A stretch of DNA of 64,000 bases from NCBI GenBank assembly GCA_963665665.1, contig OY762428.1, forward strand, positions 4,800,001 to 4,864,000, read 5' to 3'. The first letter of the stretch is position 1, and every line of letters starts with the position of its first letter. Under the pieces are notes generated by a model, which made no database searches, had not been told where the DNA came from, and worked only from the letters and a program-made list of their open reading frames with translations. This DNA comes from Candidatus Kapaibacterium sp. Its GTDB lineage: Bacteria; Bacteroidota; Ignavibacteria; Kapaibacteriales; UBA2268. The position numbers were made by a program, and so were the translations under genes. Positions 29,453-39,011 of the stretch are shown here, in pieces.

Positions 29453-30019
29453 ATGCAAAGAGGCTATTTTATAATATTATTATTGTTTTTATTTAATATT
29501 GCCAATTTATCAGCATCCAAACCTGTTGTGCCCGAGAAAGTAATTAATTCCAGGGCCGGATTTTTGGCCGGTGGTGTTTATACATCCCCAAATTCCGGAT
29601 TTGGAGGCGTTGCAAAGATTTATTACGAGATTCAAAATTTTTCGTCAATCGGCTACGGCCTGTCAGCTGAATTTGTTGTTGGCCAATATTTCGAATTTCT
29701 GATTGGTATTCCTGTTAGTTATTATCCCATCGACCGGTTAAAAACTTATGGTACTTTTGGAGTAGCTTTTACTCAAAGTATTAAATACAGTAAAGATACT
29801 CCGCCAAGCTTTATTGATGATCTTACAGATTCACAGCTGAATGAAACAACAGGTAACTTCTTTTTCGGTATTGGCGGAGGCTGGGAGATTGACCTTAGTG
29901 AGAAAAAAGACCCGAAATGGGTAATGCTGCCAACTTTGGAACTGAACCTGATAAACCTGGAGAATATATACATTGTATTGGGGCTTAATTTTGAAATGAA
30001 TATACTTCATCAAAGATAA
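29453..30019 (+). CDS. Small outer-membrane beta-barrel-like protein
   Basis: Signal peptide, amphipathic strands, FFFGIGGGWEIDL; weak paralogy to the next gene. Confidence 0.6.
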   Translation: MQRGYFIILLLFLFNIANLSASKPVVPEKVINSRAGFLAGGVYTSPNSGFGGVAKIYYEIQNFSSIGYGLSAEFVVGQYFEFLIGIPVSYYPIDRLKTYGTFGVAFTQSIKYSKDTPPSFIDDLTDSQLNETTGNFFFGIGGGWEIDLSEKKDPKWVMLPTLELNLINLENIYIVLGLNFEMNILHQR

Positions 30020-30030
30020 ACGGAGCGATT

Positions 30031-30582
30031 ATGAAAAACCTATTTTTACTTATTTTTTCAATTTTCATTTCAACAAATCTGATTTTAGCCGAAGAAGAGC
30101 ACCTTAGTCACAATCACCATGCCGGCTTTTTTATTGGAGCAGTATCAAATTTGAATAAAAGCAACACTGATTTAAGTATCGGGCTGGATTATGAATTTTA
30201 TATTCCTGTAACTAATCCCAAAATGGGGATCGGGTTTATAGCTGAAATTGCCATGGCTGAACACACTGAATATATCCTGGCTATCCCACTTTTTATTCAT
30301 CCGATTGATAACTTCAAAGCATTTATAGCTCCGGGATTTTTGATTTCATCACATGATGAAACTCATACTGATGAAACAGATAATGGACTTTTGGTTAAAC
30401 CCAAAGATGCAATACTATCCTGTGATTGTGAAACAGCCCCTGAAAGTCATTTCCTTTTCAGAATCGGTGCAGGTTATGATTTTCATTTTGGAAGAATATC
30501 TGTTAGTCCTACAATAGCCTTTGATCAGGTTCAGTGCTGTGCTTATCTGGTTTATGGAATTAGCGTTGGTGTTGGATTTTGA
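30031..30582 (+). CDS. His-rich small outer-membrane beta-barrel-like protein
   Basis: Signal peptide, EEEHLSHNHH, SHDETHTDE loop, FRIGAGYDF and a terminal Phe (VGVGF). Confidence 0.7.
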   Translation: MKNLFLLIFSIFISTNLILAEEEHLSHNHHAGFFIGAVSNLNKSNTDLSIGLDYEFYIPVTNPKMGIGFIAEIAMAEHTEYILAIPLFIHPIDNFKAFIAPGFLISSHDETHTDETDNGLLVKPKDAILSCDCETAPESHFLFRIGAGYDFHFGRISVSPTIAFDQVQCCAYLVYGISVGVGF

Positions 30583-30601
30583 TATATTAAATAATTGCTG
30601 A

Positions 30602-32281
30602 ATGAATGGAAACGAAAAAATGGCTTTGCCTGTTAATATTGAAAGTTTGTTAGGTTCCGGTATAGTTGAATCAGAGAGGATTGAATTTAAAAAAAGTTGG
30701 AATCCATCTGCTATTATCAGAACAATATGTGCATTTGCCAATGATATATCAAACCTGGGAAGCGGATTTATTATTGTTGGAATTGAAGAAGATAATGGCA
30801 AACCTCTTAGGCCAGTCTATGGATTCTCATCAAATGATTTTGAAAAAGTTCAACAGGAGTTAATTTCTTATTCCAATCTGATCAGGCCAGCCTATTTCCC
30901 AAGATTGGCACTTGAAGAAATTGATGGCACACAGGTTTTGGTTATATGGGTTCCGGCTGGAAGCAACAGGCCTTACGAAGCTCCGAGAGATGTTACTTCC
31001 AAAAACAAACAATACTCATATTATATTCGCAAATATTCGAGCACAATTATACCAAATCCTGAACAGAAAAAAGAATTGATCGCTCTTACGGCAAATATTC
31101 CATTTGATGACCGTGTTAATAGTCTGGCTTCAATTAATGACATAAGCAGGGGCTTAGTTGAAAACCACTTGAATGAAACTAAAAGCAAACTTTTCAAAGA
31201 AATTGATAATATTAAATTCGATGATTTATTGAAACAGTTAAACCTGGTTGAAGGAGGTAATGAATTATTATTGCCAAAAAATATTGCCCTTCTAATGTTT
31301 TCCAGGGAACCGGATAAATTTTTCCCATACACACAAATTGATGTCGTTGAATTTCCAAACGGAATGGGTGACAAAGTTTTTTATGAGAAAATATTTAAAG
31401 GGCCGATTCAGAAACAATTACAAGAGGCTTTAGATTATATTGAAAATAAAATATTGATAGAACAAGTTGAAAAGATCGATAAAACTCCTGTTGCTAAAAG
31501 AATCTACAACTATCCAAAGGAAGCAATAGAAGAAGCATTAGCTAATGCTGTTTACCATAAAAACTATGAAATAGGTGAACCCGTTGAAGTAAAAATTCTA
31601 CCAGATTCGATCCAAATAGTTAGTTTCGGGAGTCCGGACCCATCAATTACAATTACAGATATTGCTACAGGTCGAATCAAAGCAAGACGCTATAGAAATC
31701 GCAGGATTGGTGAATTTTTAAAAGAGTTAAAATTAACAGAAGGCCGGGGTACCGGTATACCAACTATAAAAAGAGTTCTGACTAATAACGGATCTGATGT
31801 TGCAAAATATTATACTGATGAATCAGAAAGAAATTATTTTGTAACAGAAATTCCAATACACAAAGCATTCATTAAATCATCTAATAAATATCGGAACCAA
31901 GTAGGTGACCAAGTAGGTGACCAAGTAGGTGACCAAGTAGGTGACCAAGTGGGTGACCAAGTGGGTGACCAAGTGGGTGACCAAGTAAAAAAACAGTTTA
32001 GTGGCCATGTTAGTGAACAATATATTTCATATACCGCAAAAAAAGATAAACCAATCAAAAATATTAAAAATATTTTAAATTTTTGCGGAACCCCTAAATC
32101 AAGAAAAGAAATTCTTGAACACTTTGGATTATCTAATCACACAAAAAATTATAAAAAATATCTGGAACCCCTTCTAAACCAAGAATTAATTAGGAGAACA
32201 ATTCCTGATAAACCCAAAAGTAGTAAGCAAAAATATATTATCAGTGAAAAAGGTATAAAAATACTCGGAAATAACTATTGA
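30602..32281 (+). CDS. Schlafen/AlbA_2 + HATPase_c_4 (RecG_C-like) + winged-HTH protein
   Basis: ESERIEFK..ICAFAND..GFIIVGIEED; EEALANAVYHKNY; RNRRIGEFLKELKLTEGRGTGI; C-terminal LI..TIPDKPKSSKQKY. Confidence 0.85.
   Translation: MNGNEKMALPVNIESLLGSGIVESERIEFKKSWNPSAIIRTICAFANDISNLGSGFIIVGIEEDNGKPLRPVYGFSSNDFEKVQQELISYSNLIRPAYFPRLALEEIDGTQVLVIWVPAGSNRPYEAPRDVTSKNKQYSYYIRKYSSTIIPNPEQKKELIALTANIPFDDRVNSLASINDISRGLVENHLNETKSKLFKEIDNIKFDDLLKQLNLVEGGNELLLPKNIALLMFSREPDKFFPYTQIDVVEFPNGMGDKVFYEKIFKGPIQKQLQEALDYIENKILIEQVEKIDKTPVAKRIYNYPKEAIEEALANAVYHKNYEIGEPVEVKILPDSIQIVSFGSPDPSITITDIATGRIKARRYRNRRIGEFLKELKLTEGRGTGIPTIKRVLTNNGSDVAKYYTDESERNYFVTEIPIHKAFIKSSNKYRNQVGDQVGDQVGDQVGDQVGDQVGDQVGDQVKKQFSGHVSEQYISYTAKKDKPIKNIKNILNFCGTPKSRKEILEHFGLSNHTKNYKKYLEPLLNQELIRRTIPDKPKSSKQKYIISEKGIKILGNNY
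31896..31987 (+). repeat. In-frame 12-nt VNTR encoding (D/N)QVG repeats
   Basis: ACCAAGT(A/G)GGTG x7 + partial: 4 GTA copies followed by 3 GTG copies. Confidence 0.97.
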
Positions 32282-32303
32282 AAAATATTAAATTAGATAT
32301 AAA

Positions 32304-34352
32304 ATGAAACCATTAAAAATTGCCTTCTTATGGCATACTCATCAACCGGACTATAAATCAGGTAATGAATTTCTCCTTCCCTGGGTACGTTTTCACGGAA
32401 TAAAAGATTATTACGATATTCCTGCCATTCTCAATGAATTTCCAAAAATAAAACAGACTTTCAATATCGTTCCTTCTTTATTTAAACAAATCGATGAATA
32501 TATTGAATGTACAACTCTTGATCAGGTTCAAAAATTAACATATATTTCTGCTGAAAACCTGACAGAACAGGAAAAATATAAAATAATTGACAGCTTTTTT
32601 ACCTGCAATCTTGATAATATGATAAAACCATATCCAAGATATCTTGAATTATATGAAAAATCAAAAAACAAAGATGAAGCTATAAAATCATTATCTCCTC
32701 AGGATTGGACAGATATCCAGACATGGTATAATTTAACATGGTTTGGCCCAATATCCAGAAAAGAGCCAATGGTTAGAAGATTGATACAAAAAGGGAAGAA
32801 TTTCTCTGAGTCAGAAAAATTGATAGCATTAAAAAAAGGGAAAGAAGTCCTAAAGCGTATAGTATCCAATTTTGAAGAATTGATAACCTTAGGGCAGGTT
32901 GAGCTAAGTGTTTCTCCGATGTATCATCCGATACTACCTTTGCTTATAGATTCTGATATTGCCCGAGAATCACTCCCGGGCAGAAAATTGCCACAACCAA
33001 GATTTAACTACCCGGAAGATGCTGAAATTCAAGTTAAAAATGCGTTAGGCTTCTATGACGAAATGTTTTCCGAATTTCCTGACGGAATGTGGCCTTCCGA
33101 AGGTTCTGTCTCAGACGAAACATTAAAATTGCTGTCTTCCTGTGGAATAAAATGGGCTGCAACAGATGAAGCTATATTATCAAAATCTGTCGGGCCGTCA
33201 TTCAAACCAACTGAAAAATTTTTCCCGAGGTGCTTCAACACAGGTTCAAATGAAATAACTTTGCTTTTCAGAGATCATTTTCTGTCGGACAGAATAGGTT
33301 TTACATATTCGTCGTGGAATTCTGAAGATGCAGCTAATGATTTTATCTATCACTTAAATAAAATTCGAGAAGAAATAATAAAGATTCACGGTGAGGATTC
33401 CCTGGACCATGCTGTTGTGCCAGTGATTCTTGATGGCGAAAACTGCTGGGAGTTTTATCCTGAGAATGGCCTGCCCTTCCTCAGGAATTTGTATTCTAAG
33501 TTAATTAATAATGAAAGATTGACTACAGTTACATGTTTTGAGGCATGTTCGGACAGTCATGATAAATATTTGCCAACATTGGATCATATTTTTCCGGGTT
33601 CCTGGATTGATTCCAATTTCAGTATCTGGATTGGGCAGGAAGAAGACAGGCTCGCGTGGGAAATGCTCGGCAGGGCAAGAAAAGAAGTTGAAAACAGGAG
33701 AGACAACATAAGTTCTGAAAAAATCAACAGAACTATGGAAGAAATATATATTGCCGAGGGCAGCGATTGGTTCTGGTGGTACGGGGACGAACATCAGGCT
33801 CCGAATAAAGATGATTTTGATATTATGTTCAGAAATCATATTAAAAATATTTATGAATTAATAAACCTTCCTGTTCCTGATGATGTCCTTAAACCAATCG
33901 GAAGGAAAATAACTACTGAGACACGGAAACAAAATGAACCGAAACAAATTGAGATTAACGGAAGATTAATTCCTGAAGACAAATGGGACAAGGCAGGTTA
34001 TTTCTCAGCTTCAGGTGAACAATCTTCAATGCACAGGAGCGGTGAAATATTCAGGGGGCTTTATTACTATTTTATTAATAATAAGTTGTTCATAAGGCCC
34101 GAGATAAAAAATCAGTTATCGGAAGATGATGTTTTAAGGATAATTTTCCGAAGCGGAGAGTTCTTTGAATTGAAGGCGTCAGGAATATCTTATTCTGATA
34201 GCCTGGATTCCGTTATCTTTGCCAATTCTGAAGTAACCGAAATTGGAATATTCTTCACTGAAAGAATTGAAAATATTTCCATTGCCATAGAAACAGTATC
34301 GGTTAATAATAAATACAGATACCCTGCATCAGGTATGGCAGAATTAAAGTAA
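32304..34352 (+). CDS. Glycoside hydrolase family 57 (amylopullulanase-like)
   Basis: WHTHQP, YHPILPLL, GMWPSEGS, LDGENCWE and AEGSDWFWW conserved regions. Confidence 0.93.
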   Translation: MKPLKIAFLWHTHQPDYKSGNEFLLPWVRFHGIKDYYDIPAILNEFPKIKQTFNIVPSLFKQIDEYIECTTLDQVQKLTYISAENLTEQEKYKIIDSFFTCNLDNMIKPYPRYLELYEKSKNKDEAIKSLSPQDWTDIQTWYNLTWFGPISRKEPMVRRLIQKGKNFSESEKLIALKKGKEVLKRIVSNFEELITLGQVELSVSPMYHPILPLLIDSDIARESLPGRKLPQPRFNYPEDAEIQVKNALGFYDEMFSEFPDGMWPSEGSVSDETLKLLSSCGIKWAATDEAILSKSVGPSFKPTEKFFPRCFNTGSNEITLLFRDHFLSDRIGFTYSSWNSEDAANDFIYHLNKIREEIIKIHGEDSLDHAVVPVILDGENCWEFYPENGLPFLRNLYSKLINNERLTTVTCFEACSDSHDKYLPTLDHIFPGSWIDSNFSIWIGQEEDRLAWEMLGRARKEVENRRDNISSEKINRTMEEIYIAEGSDWFWWYGDEHQAPNKDDFDIMFRNHIKNIYELINLPVPDDVLKPIGRKITTETRKQNEPKQIEINGRLIPEDKWDKAGYFSASGEQSSMHRSGEIFRGLYYYFINNKLFIRPEIKNQLSEDDVLRIIFRSGEFFELKASGISYSDSLDSVIFANSEVTEIGIFFTERIENISIAIETVSVNNKYRYPASGMAELK

Positions 34353-34370
34353 ACTGCCATACCTGATGTA
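34325..34370. terminator. Long hairpin between convergent genes
   Basis: Perfect 15-bp stem CATCAGGTATGGCAG / CTGCCATACCTGATG overlapping the GH57 stop. Confidence 0.75.
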
Positions 34371-34378
34371 CAAAAACA

Positions 34379-36652
34379 TTAGTGCAAAACTGTAAATCGG
34401 GTTGTATACATTCCGGAATCTGTATCAATTTTCACAAAATAAACTCCCGTTGGCAATTTTGATATGTTTACAGATATTTCATTACCCGTATTTGTAATCT
34501 GAGACTTTTTTAGAACAATATCACCCAATGAATTCGAAATAATAATTTTAGCGGAACTTCCATCAGCACCTGAAATAGAGAAATTAACAACATCATACGC
34601 AGGATTCGGATATGAAGTAATATTAGAAATCTCGTTTGTCTCATCAACAACAGAATTTATTCCGGCAGTGTTTTCCATCCCTGGTGTAGGGCTCATAAAA
34701 TCAAAGGAGCCAACCCCATTTGGATACCTGCCAAAGCTAATATCGGTTTCCTGGCTTTCCCAAGATATATAGTCTATAACTGCCATCTCGTTATTACTAA
34801 GAGTCAGAGATTCTCCTGATCCGGATAATTTAAAGTTTGCATGCAATTCACCCTGCTTACCATCTTCATCAGCCCATATAACGAGGTATTCATCCGGATT
34901 GATAGTTACAGCCGGCAAATCCCATTTATCAGGATTATCTTCACTGTCGGTAAGATACCATCCTTCAAGCGAAACGGGATCACTGCCTGTATTATAAAGT
35001 TCAATCCAGTCGTCAAATTCATCTTCTTCATCGGAAATAGTATTATCATTTTTAGCGAGCAACTCATTTATTACTATACCGGATTCGGCCATAAATTCTG
35101 TTTCAATTGTGTAATATTCATAAGCTGCCCTGGCAGGTGAAAATATGCCGGCTTCATTGTTTTCGGCGTAAATGTAGTATTGAATATCAGCAGTGCCGGA
35201 AATTATTTCTCCGCCAAAGATACCATCGTTTGCATCTCCGTCATCATGCTGCCCGTCGTCATACAATTCTGAAATTGAATATTTTTGGTGTTCATTGTTC
35301 CGATGGGCAATAAAAGCATAATCAGCATTTTCAATTTTAACTGATATACTCACAGACTCATTCTGTGAAGGTTTTTCGGGTGAGTATTCAATGTTGTTGA
35401 TGATTGGCTGTTCCGCTTTAAATTCACCAACTCCGCTCAAAAAATCAACCCGATAATCCATTAATTGTTTTATTCCTATCATTGACTGCGGCCCCATACC
35501 GACCTGGTCGGTGATATTGCTTTCAAAAGAAGCAATGTTATAGAATTTATTATTATCCTGGATTAGATCAGCTTTAATAATATCCTGAAAATAATAAGCC
35601 CTTTCGAGATATTTGTCGTTTTCAAAGTATTCTTCGATCATTGTTCTCATGTGTGCAACATACATTCTTTTATATCTGGGAATTTCTAACACTTTTTTCA
35701 CGATCGGGTAGTTATTGTTCGATTCATTTAAAAATGGATTCAGCTGCTGCAGGCCACTGGTATTGAGCGGTGGCCCATCCAATAAATTTGCAAAGCAACC
35801 AAAAGATTCATTGAAATCCCAGGGGATAATCTGGAATTGCCCGTTTCCTGATTGATAAAGATAAAAATTATGTGCGAAATTTATCGGTGCATCCAGGTTT
35901 ACTGTCAGATTATCGAATGCTATTTTCCATAAGTGCCGGTCGACATTATAGCTATTCTCCATATTATCCGGATCATTGTTAAAAGTATCTAGGAAATCTA
36001 TCAATTCTTTCCAGCCATAATCAGAACGAAGTTCGTAGTAGGAAGTATAATCCGAGGAATCTTCCTCAAAATATCCCATAGAAGAAACTACCTGCTGAGA
36101 ATTCCCAACTAACTCGCCCTTGAAAGCAGGATTATCCCTGCTGCCGAAATGTGAGTCGTAAAAATATTTATCTACTGATTGAACTGATGTATAAACTCCG
36201 ATATAATCGTCATTTATATATACTTTTGCATAATTTGCCATTGGGGCAGGAAAATAGTTTCTTGCAATCTCATAGGCAAGAATCTCTCGCACAATTGTGG
36301 GATCCTTATATCCGTTTGATAGCTTCAACGTCCCAAAGCCGTCAAGTTCCTGGTCATCAATTATATGATCAAGCTTAATATTCAGAGGGTTTTTCTTATT
36401 CTGAGGCCTGTAACTGCTATTTCCCTTATACCTGACCCCAACACTGTCAAATTGTTCTCCATCAACATAGCAAGTAGCTATTAAGCGTTCTTCATCACCT
36501 GCCGAATAGAGATTATCCAATAGATCATCCCAGTTTTCCTGTTCAAAGTAAAGTTTTATTTCTGTTATTTTGCTAACCGAATAAAAGTCGTCTGCCTTGC
36601 TGTTCATCAATGGAATTAGCACTATTCCCATAAGGATAATCAATTTTTTCAT
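34379..36652 (-). CDS. CotH-family kinase + lamin-tail domain + T9SS C-terminal domain
   Basis: VGVRYKGNSS, HNFYLY..IPWDFNESFG; LYDDGQHDDGDANDG; VINELLAKN..DWIELYN..LTD; YPNPA...LPTGVYFVKI. Confidence 0.88.
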   Translation of the reverse strand: MKKLIILMGIVLIPLMNSKADDFYSVSKITEIKLYFEQENWDDLLDNLYSAGDEERLIATCYVDGEQFDSVGVRYKGNSSYRPQNKKNPLNIKLDHIIDDQELDGFGTLKLSNGYKDPTIVREILAYEIARNYFPAPMANYAKVYINDDYIGVYTSVQSVDKYFYDSHFGSRDNPAFKGELVGNSQQVVSSMGYFEEDSSDYTSYYELRSDYGWKELIDFLDTFNNDPDNMENSYNVDRHLWKIAFDNLTVNLDAPINFAHNFYLYQSGNGQFQIIPWDFNESFGCFANLLDGPPLNTSGLQQLNPFLNESNNNYPIVKKVLEIPRYKRMYVAHMRTMIEEYFENDKYLERAYYFQDIIKADLIQDNNKFYNIASFESNITDQVGMGPQSMIGIKQLMDYRVDFLSGVGEFKAEQPIINNIEYSPEKPSQNESVSISVKIENADYAFIAHRNNEHQKYSISELYDDGQHDDGDANDGIFGGEIISGTADIQYYIYAENNEAGIFSPARAAYEYYTIETEFMAESGIVINELLAKNDNTISDEEDEFDDWIELYNTGSDPVSLEGWYLTDSEDNPDKWDLPAVTINPDEYLVIWADEDGKQGELHANFKLSGSGESLTLSNNEMAVIDYISWESQETDISFGRYPNGVGSFDFMSPTPGMENTAGINSVVDETNEISNITSYPNPAYDVVNFSISGADGSSAKIIISNSLGDIVLKKSQITNTGNEISVNISKLPTGVYFVKIDTDSGMYTTRFTVLH

Positions 36653-36789
36653 ATAAACTCCGCTTGTATAAAATTACTTTTATGCTGATTAGACAATAAA
36701 CAATTAAGAAAGTTTAATGCAAATATTTTTTTATAACATTTAATAATTATTATCTTTGTTATTTGATATTAACACCATCGGAGGTAAAA

Positions 36790-37476
36790 GTGAAGATTCA
36801 CAACCTGAAACAACTTGCATCAGTATTCGACCATACTAATCTCAGACCTGATGCTAACATTATGGCCATCTCCGACTTGTGCAGCGAGGCTGCTGATTTT
36901 GGTTTTGCTTCAGTATGTGTATTGCCATCATACGTTGAAAATGCTTACGACTTCCTGAAAGGTACCGATGTTAAAGTATGTACCGTAATAGGATTTCCAA
37001 TTGGAGGTACTTACGGCAAGGTAAAATTATTCGAAGCGGAAACTGCTGTTTTAAAAGGAGCTTCGGAACTTGATATGGTGATGAATATACCTGCATTTAA
37101 AAATCTGGATTACCAAACCGTCAGGGATGAGATAAAAAATATAACAGCACTCACAAAAGGACAGGACCTTATTGTAAAGGTGATTATCGAAACCTGCCTG
37201 CTGAATGAAAAGGAAAAAATCGCCGCCTGCAAAATCGTATCTGATTGCGGGGCTGATTTTATTAAAACATCAACCGGATTTTCCTGTGGTGGTGCAAATC
37301 TTGATGATATCGACCTTTTTAATAAATATCTTCCGCCTGATGTAAAAATAAAAGCTGCCGGAGGTATAAGAAAAGCTCACTTTGCTATCGACCTTCTTGA
37401 GGCAGGAGCAGACAGGATAGGCAGCAGCAGTTCTATTCAAATAATGAAAGAAGCTGAAAGCATTTTGATAAGATAG
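36790..37476 (+). CDS. deoC: Deoxyribose-phosphate aldolase
   Basis: DHTNL, TVIGFPIG, KVIIET, FIKTSTGF and KAAGGIR. Start set at the GTG after GGAGG. Confidence 0.96.
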   Translation: MKIHNLKQLASVFDHTNLRPDANIMAISDLCSEAADFGFASVCVLPSYVENAYDFLKGTDVKVCTVIGFPIGGTYGKVKLFEAETAVLKGASELDMVMNIPAFKNLDYQTVRDEIKNITALTKGQDLIVKVIIETCLLNEKEKIAACKIVSDCGADFIKTSTGFSCGGANLDDIDLFNKYLPPDVKIKAAGGIRKAHFAIDLLEAGADRIGSSSSIQIMKEAESILIR

Positions 37477-37646
37477 TTACTTCCGTTACTAATAATGCCG
37501 ATAAATTTTTTTTGAATGCCGTTTTGGGGTAAACACGAATTTTTTAATTATTGTCTCATGATAATTATTAACCCCTAAAAACGTTTCTTTGGTTATCAAA
37601 ATTTTTGCAAATTGCATATTCGTAACTATGATAATGAAAGATTAAG

Positions 37647-38309
37647 ATGTTAGAATCGATTGTTGAGATATTACAAAATGTACCCTGGGGTTGGATATTA
37701 ATTATTGGCTTTGCCATGACTTTTCTTGAAAACGTTTTCCCGCCGGCTCCCTGCGATTCGATACTTGTTTTCACAGGCACTCTTGTTGGAATTGGTACAG
37801 TTGGCTTTATACCGCTATTATTAACGGCTACTCTTGGCTCTTCTCTCGGTTTCATATTTATGTTCTGGCTTGGCAGAAAGTTTGGTGTTTCAATTGTGGA
37901 TTCTGACAAAATGAGATTTATAAATTCAAAAACTCTTGAAAAACCAGAAGAACTTTTCCGGAAATACGGAGACATTATAATTGTTGCTAATAGATTTTTA
38001 TCTGGAAGCAGAGCTGTAATTTCTTTCTTTGCAGGAATATCCAAGCTGCCGGTAAATAAAACAATTGTGTTGTCAACTGTAAGTGCTCTTGTATGGAACG
38101 TCATCTTAATATATCTTGGCAAGCTTTTAGGAGGCAATTGGAGAGTAGTTCAGGACTATATGGATTCATACAGTAAAATACTTATTCCTTTAACAATATT
38201 GATCATAGCTGGATTCGTAATCAGATGGCTGATTCTCAGGAAGAGGAATTCCAACAGGAATGTTGATAGTGTTGGAAAAGTTGAAACAAAGCTATCAAAA
38301 AGAGCCTGA
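37647..38309 (+). CDS. DedA/VTT family membrane protein
   Basis: FLENVFPPAPCD, ..NRFLSGSRAVISFFAG. Confidence 0.9.
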   Translation: MLESIVEILQNVPWGWILIIGFAMTFLENVFPPAPCDSILVFTGTLVGIGTVGFIPLLLTATLGSSLGFIFMFWLGRKFGVSIVDSDKMRFINSKTLEKPEELFRKYGDIIIVANRFLSGSRAVISFFAGISKLPVNKTIVLSTVSALVWNVILIYLGKLLGGNWRVVQDYMDSYSKILIPLTILIIAGFVIRWLILRKRNSNRNVDSVGKVETKLSKRA

Positions 38310-38524
38310 TAAACAAGTAGTAAGCCCATGCACTGGATAATTCATCAGATTAAACCGCAACTACACTTTTTACAGAAGTTTTTTTTTAATATGGCCTTTA
38401 AATCGATTATTAAAGTTTTTTCGAATCATAATTCAGCAGATTTCGGGTATTCTTCATCTTACCCTATCCGACTGAAAATTGCATTTCATTTAGCTTTTGG
38501 TGTTGATTATTCCAGATAAAAACA

Positions 38525-38557
38525 CTGTAAACCGGTAGTTTAACTGCCAGTTTACAG
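38525..38557. terminator. Hairpin downstream of the che operon
   Basis: CTGTAAAC.GGTAGTT-T-AACTGCC.GTTTACAG. Confidence 0.5.
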
Positions 38558-38579
38558 ATATTTTAAAAAAAAATGATAC

Positions 38580-38981
38580 TTACGCTTGTGGTAAAAGATC
38601 CAGATCCATCAGCATATTCACAATTTTATCTTTTTCGATAGGCTTGATAATATAGCCTTCGCACTGATTGCTGAATGCTTTTCTCAGGTTATCAAAATCA
38701 CTAAGCGCGGTGGCCATAATTATATTAACACCGTCGAGGCCTTTTACCTGGTTGTCTTCTTCGAACTGCCTGATTTGTTTAAGAACTTCCTGGCCATCCA
38801 TTTCCGGCATCATAATATCAAGAAGAATCAATTCAAAAGGATCGCCTGAAGAATATGCCTCCTTGAATTTATCAATAGCCTGCCTGCCATCTTCAGCAAT
38901 ATCCGCTTCTCCAAACCCGGTCATTATCTCATAAACAACCTGGGAAGTGATATAGTCGTCTTCTACAATTAATGTTTTCAT
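38580..38981 (-). CDS. Single-domain response regulator (CheY-like)
   Basis: VEDD, LDIMMPEMDG, TA and KP motifs. Confidence 0.9.
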   Translation of the reverse strand: MKTLIVEDDYITSQVVYEIMTGFGEADIAEDGRQAIDKFKEAYSSGDPFELILLDIMMPEMDGQEVLKQIRQFEEDNQVKGLDGVNIIMATALSDFDNLRKAFSNQCEGYIIKPIEKDKIVNMLMDLDLLPQA

Positions 38982-39011
38982 ATCTGACCTATAGTGAAAA
39001 ATTGAATAATA

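Noticed and set aside
37497-37504. GCCGATAA sigma28 -10 box upstream of the DedA gene
   Set aside because: No TAAA/TCAA -35 element at 15-nt spacing
37568-38137. 189-aa antisense ORF and similar antisense ORFs across the window
   Set aside because: They lie opposite well-supported genes and have no independent coding signals
38328-38519. 63-aa ORF after DedA
   Set aside because: No RBS or recognisable motif; probably intergenic
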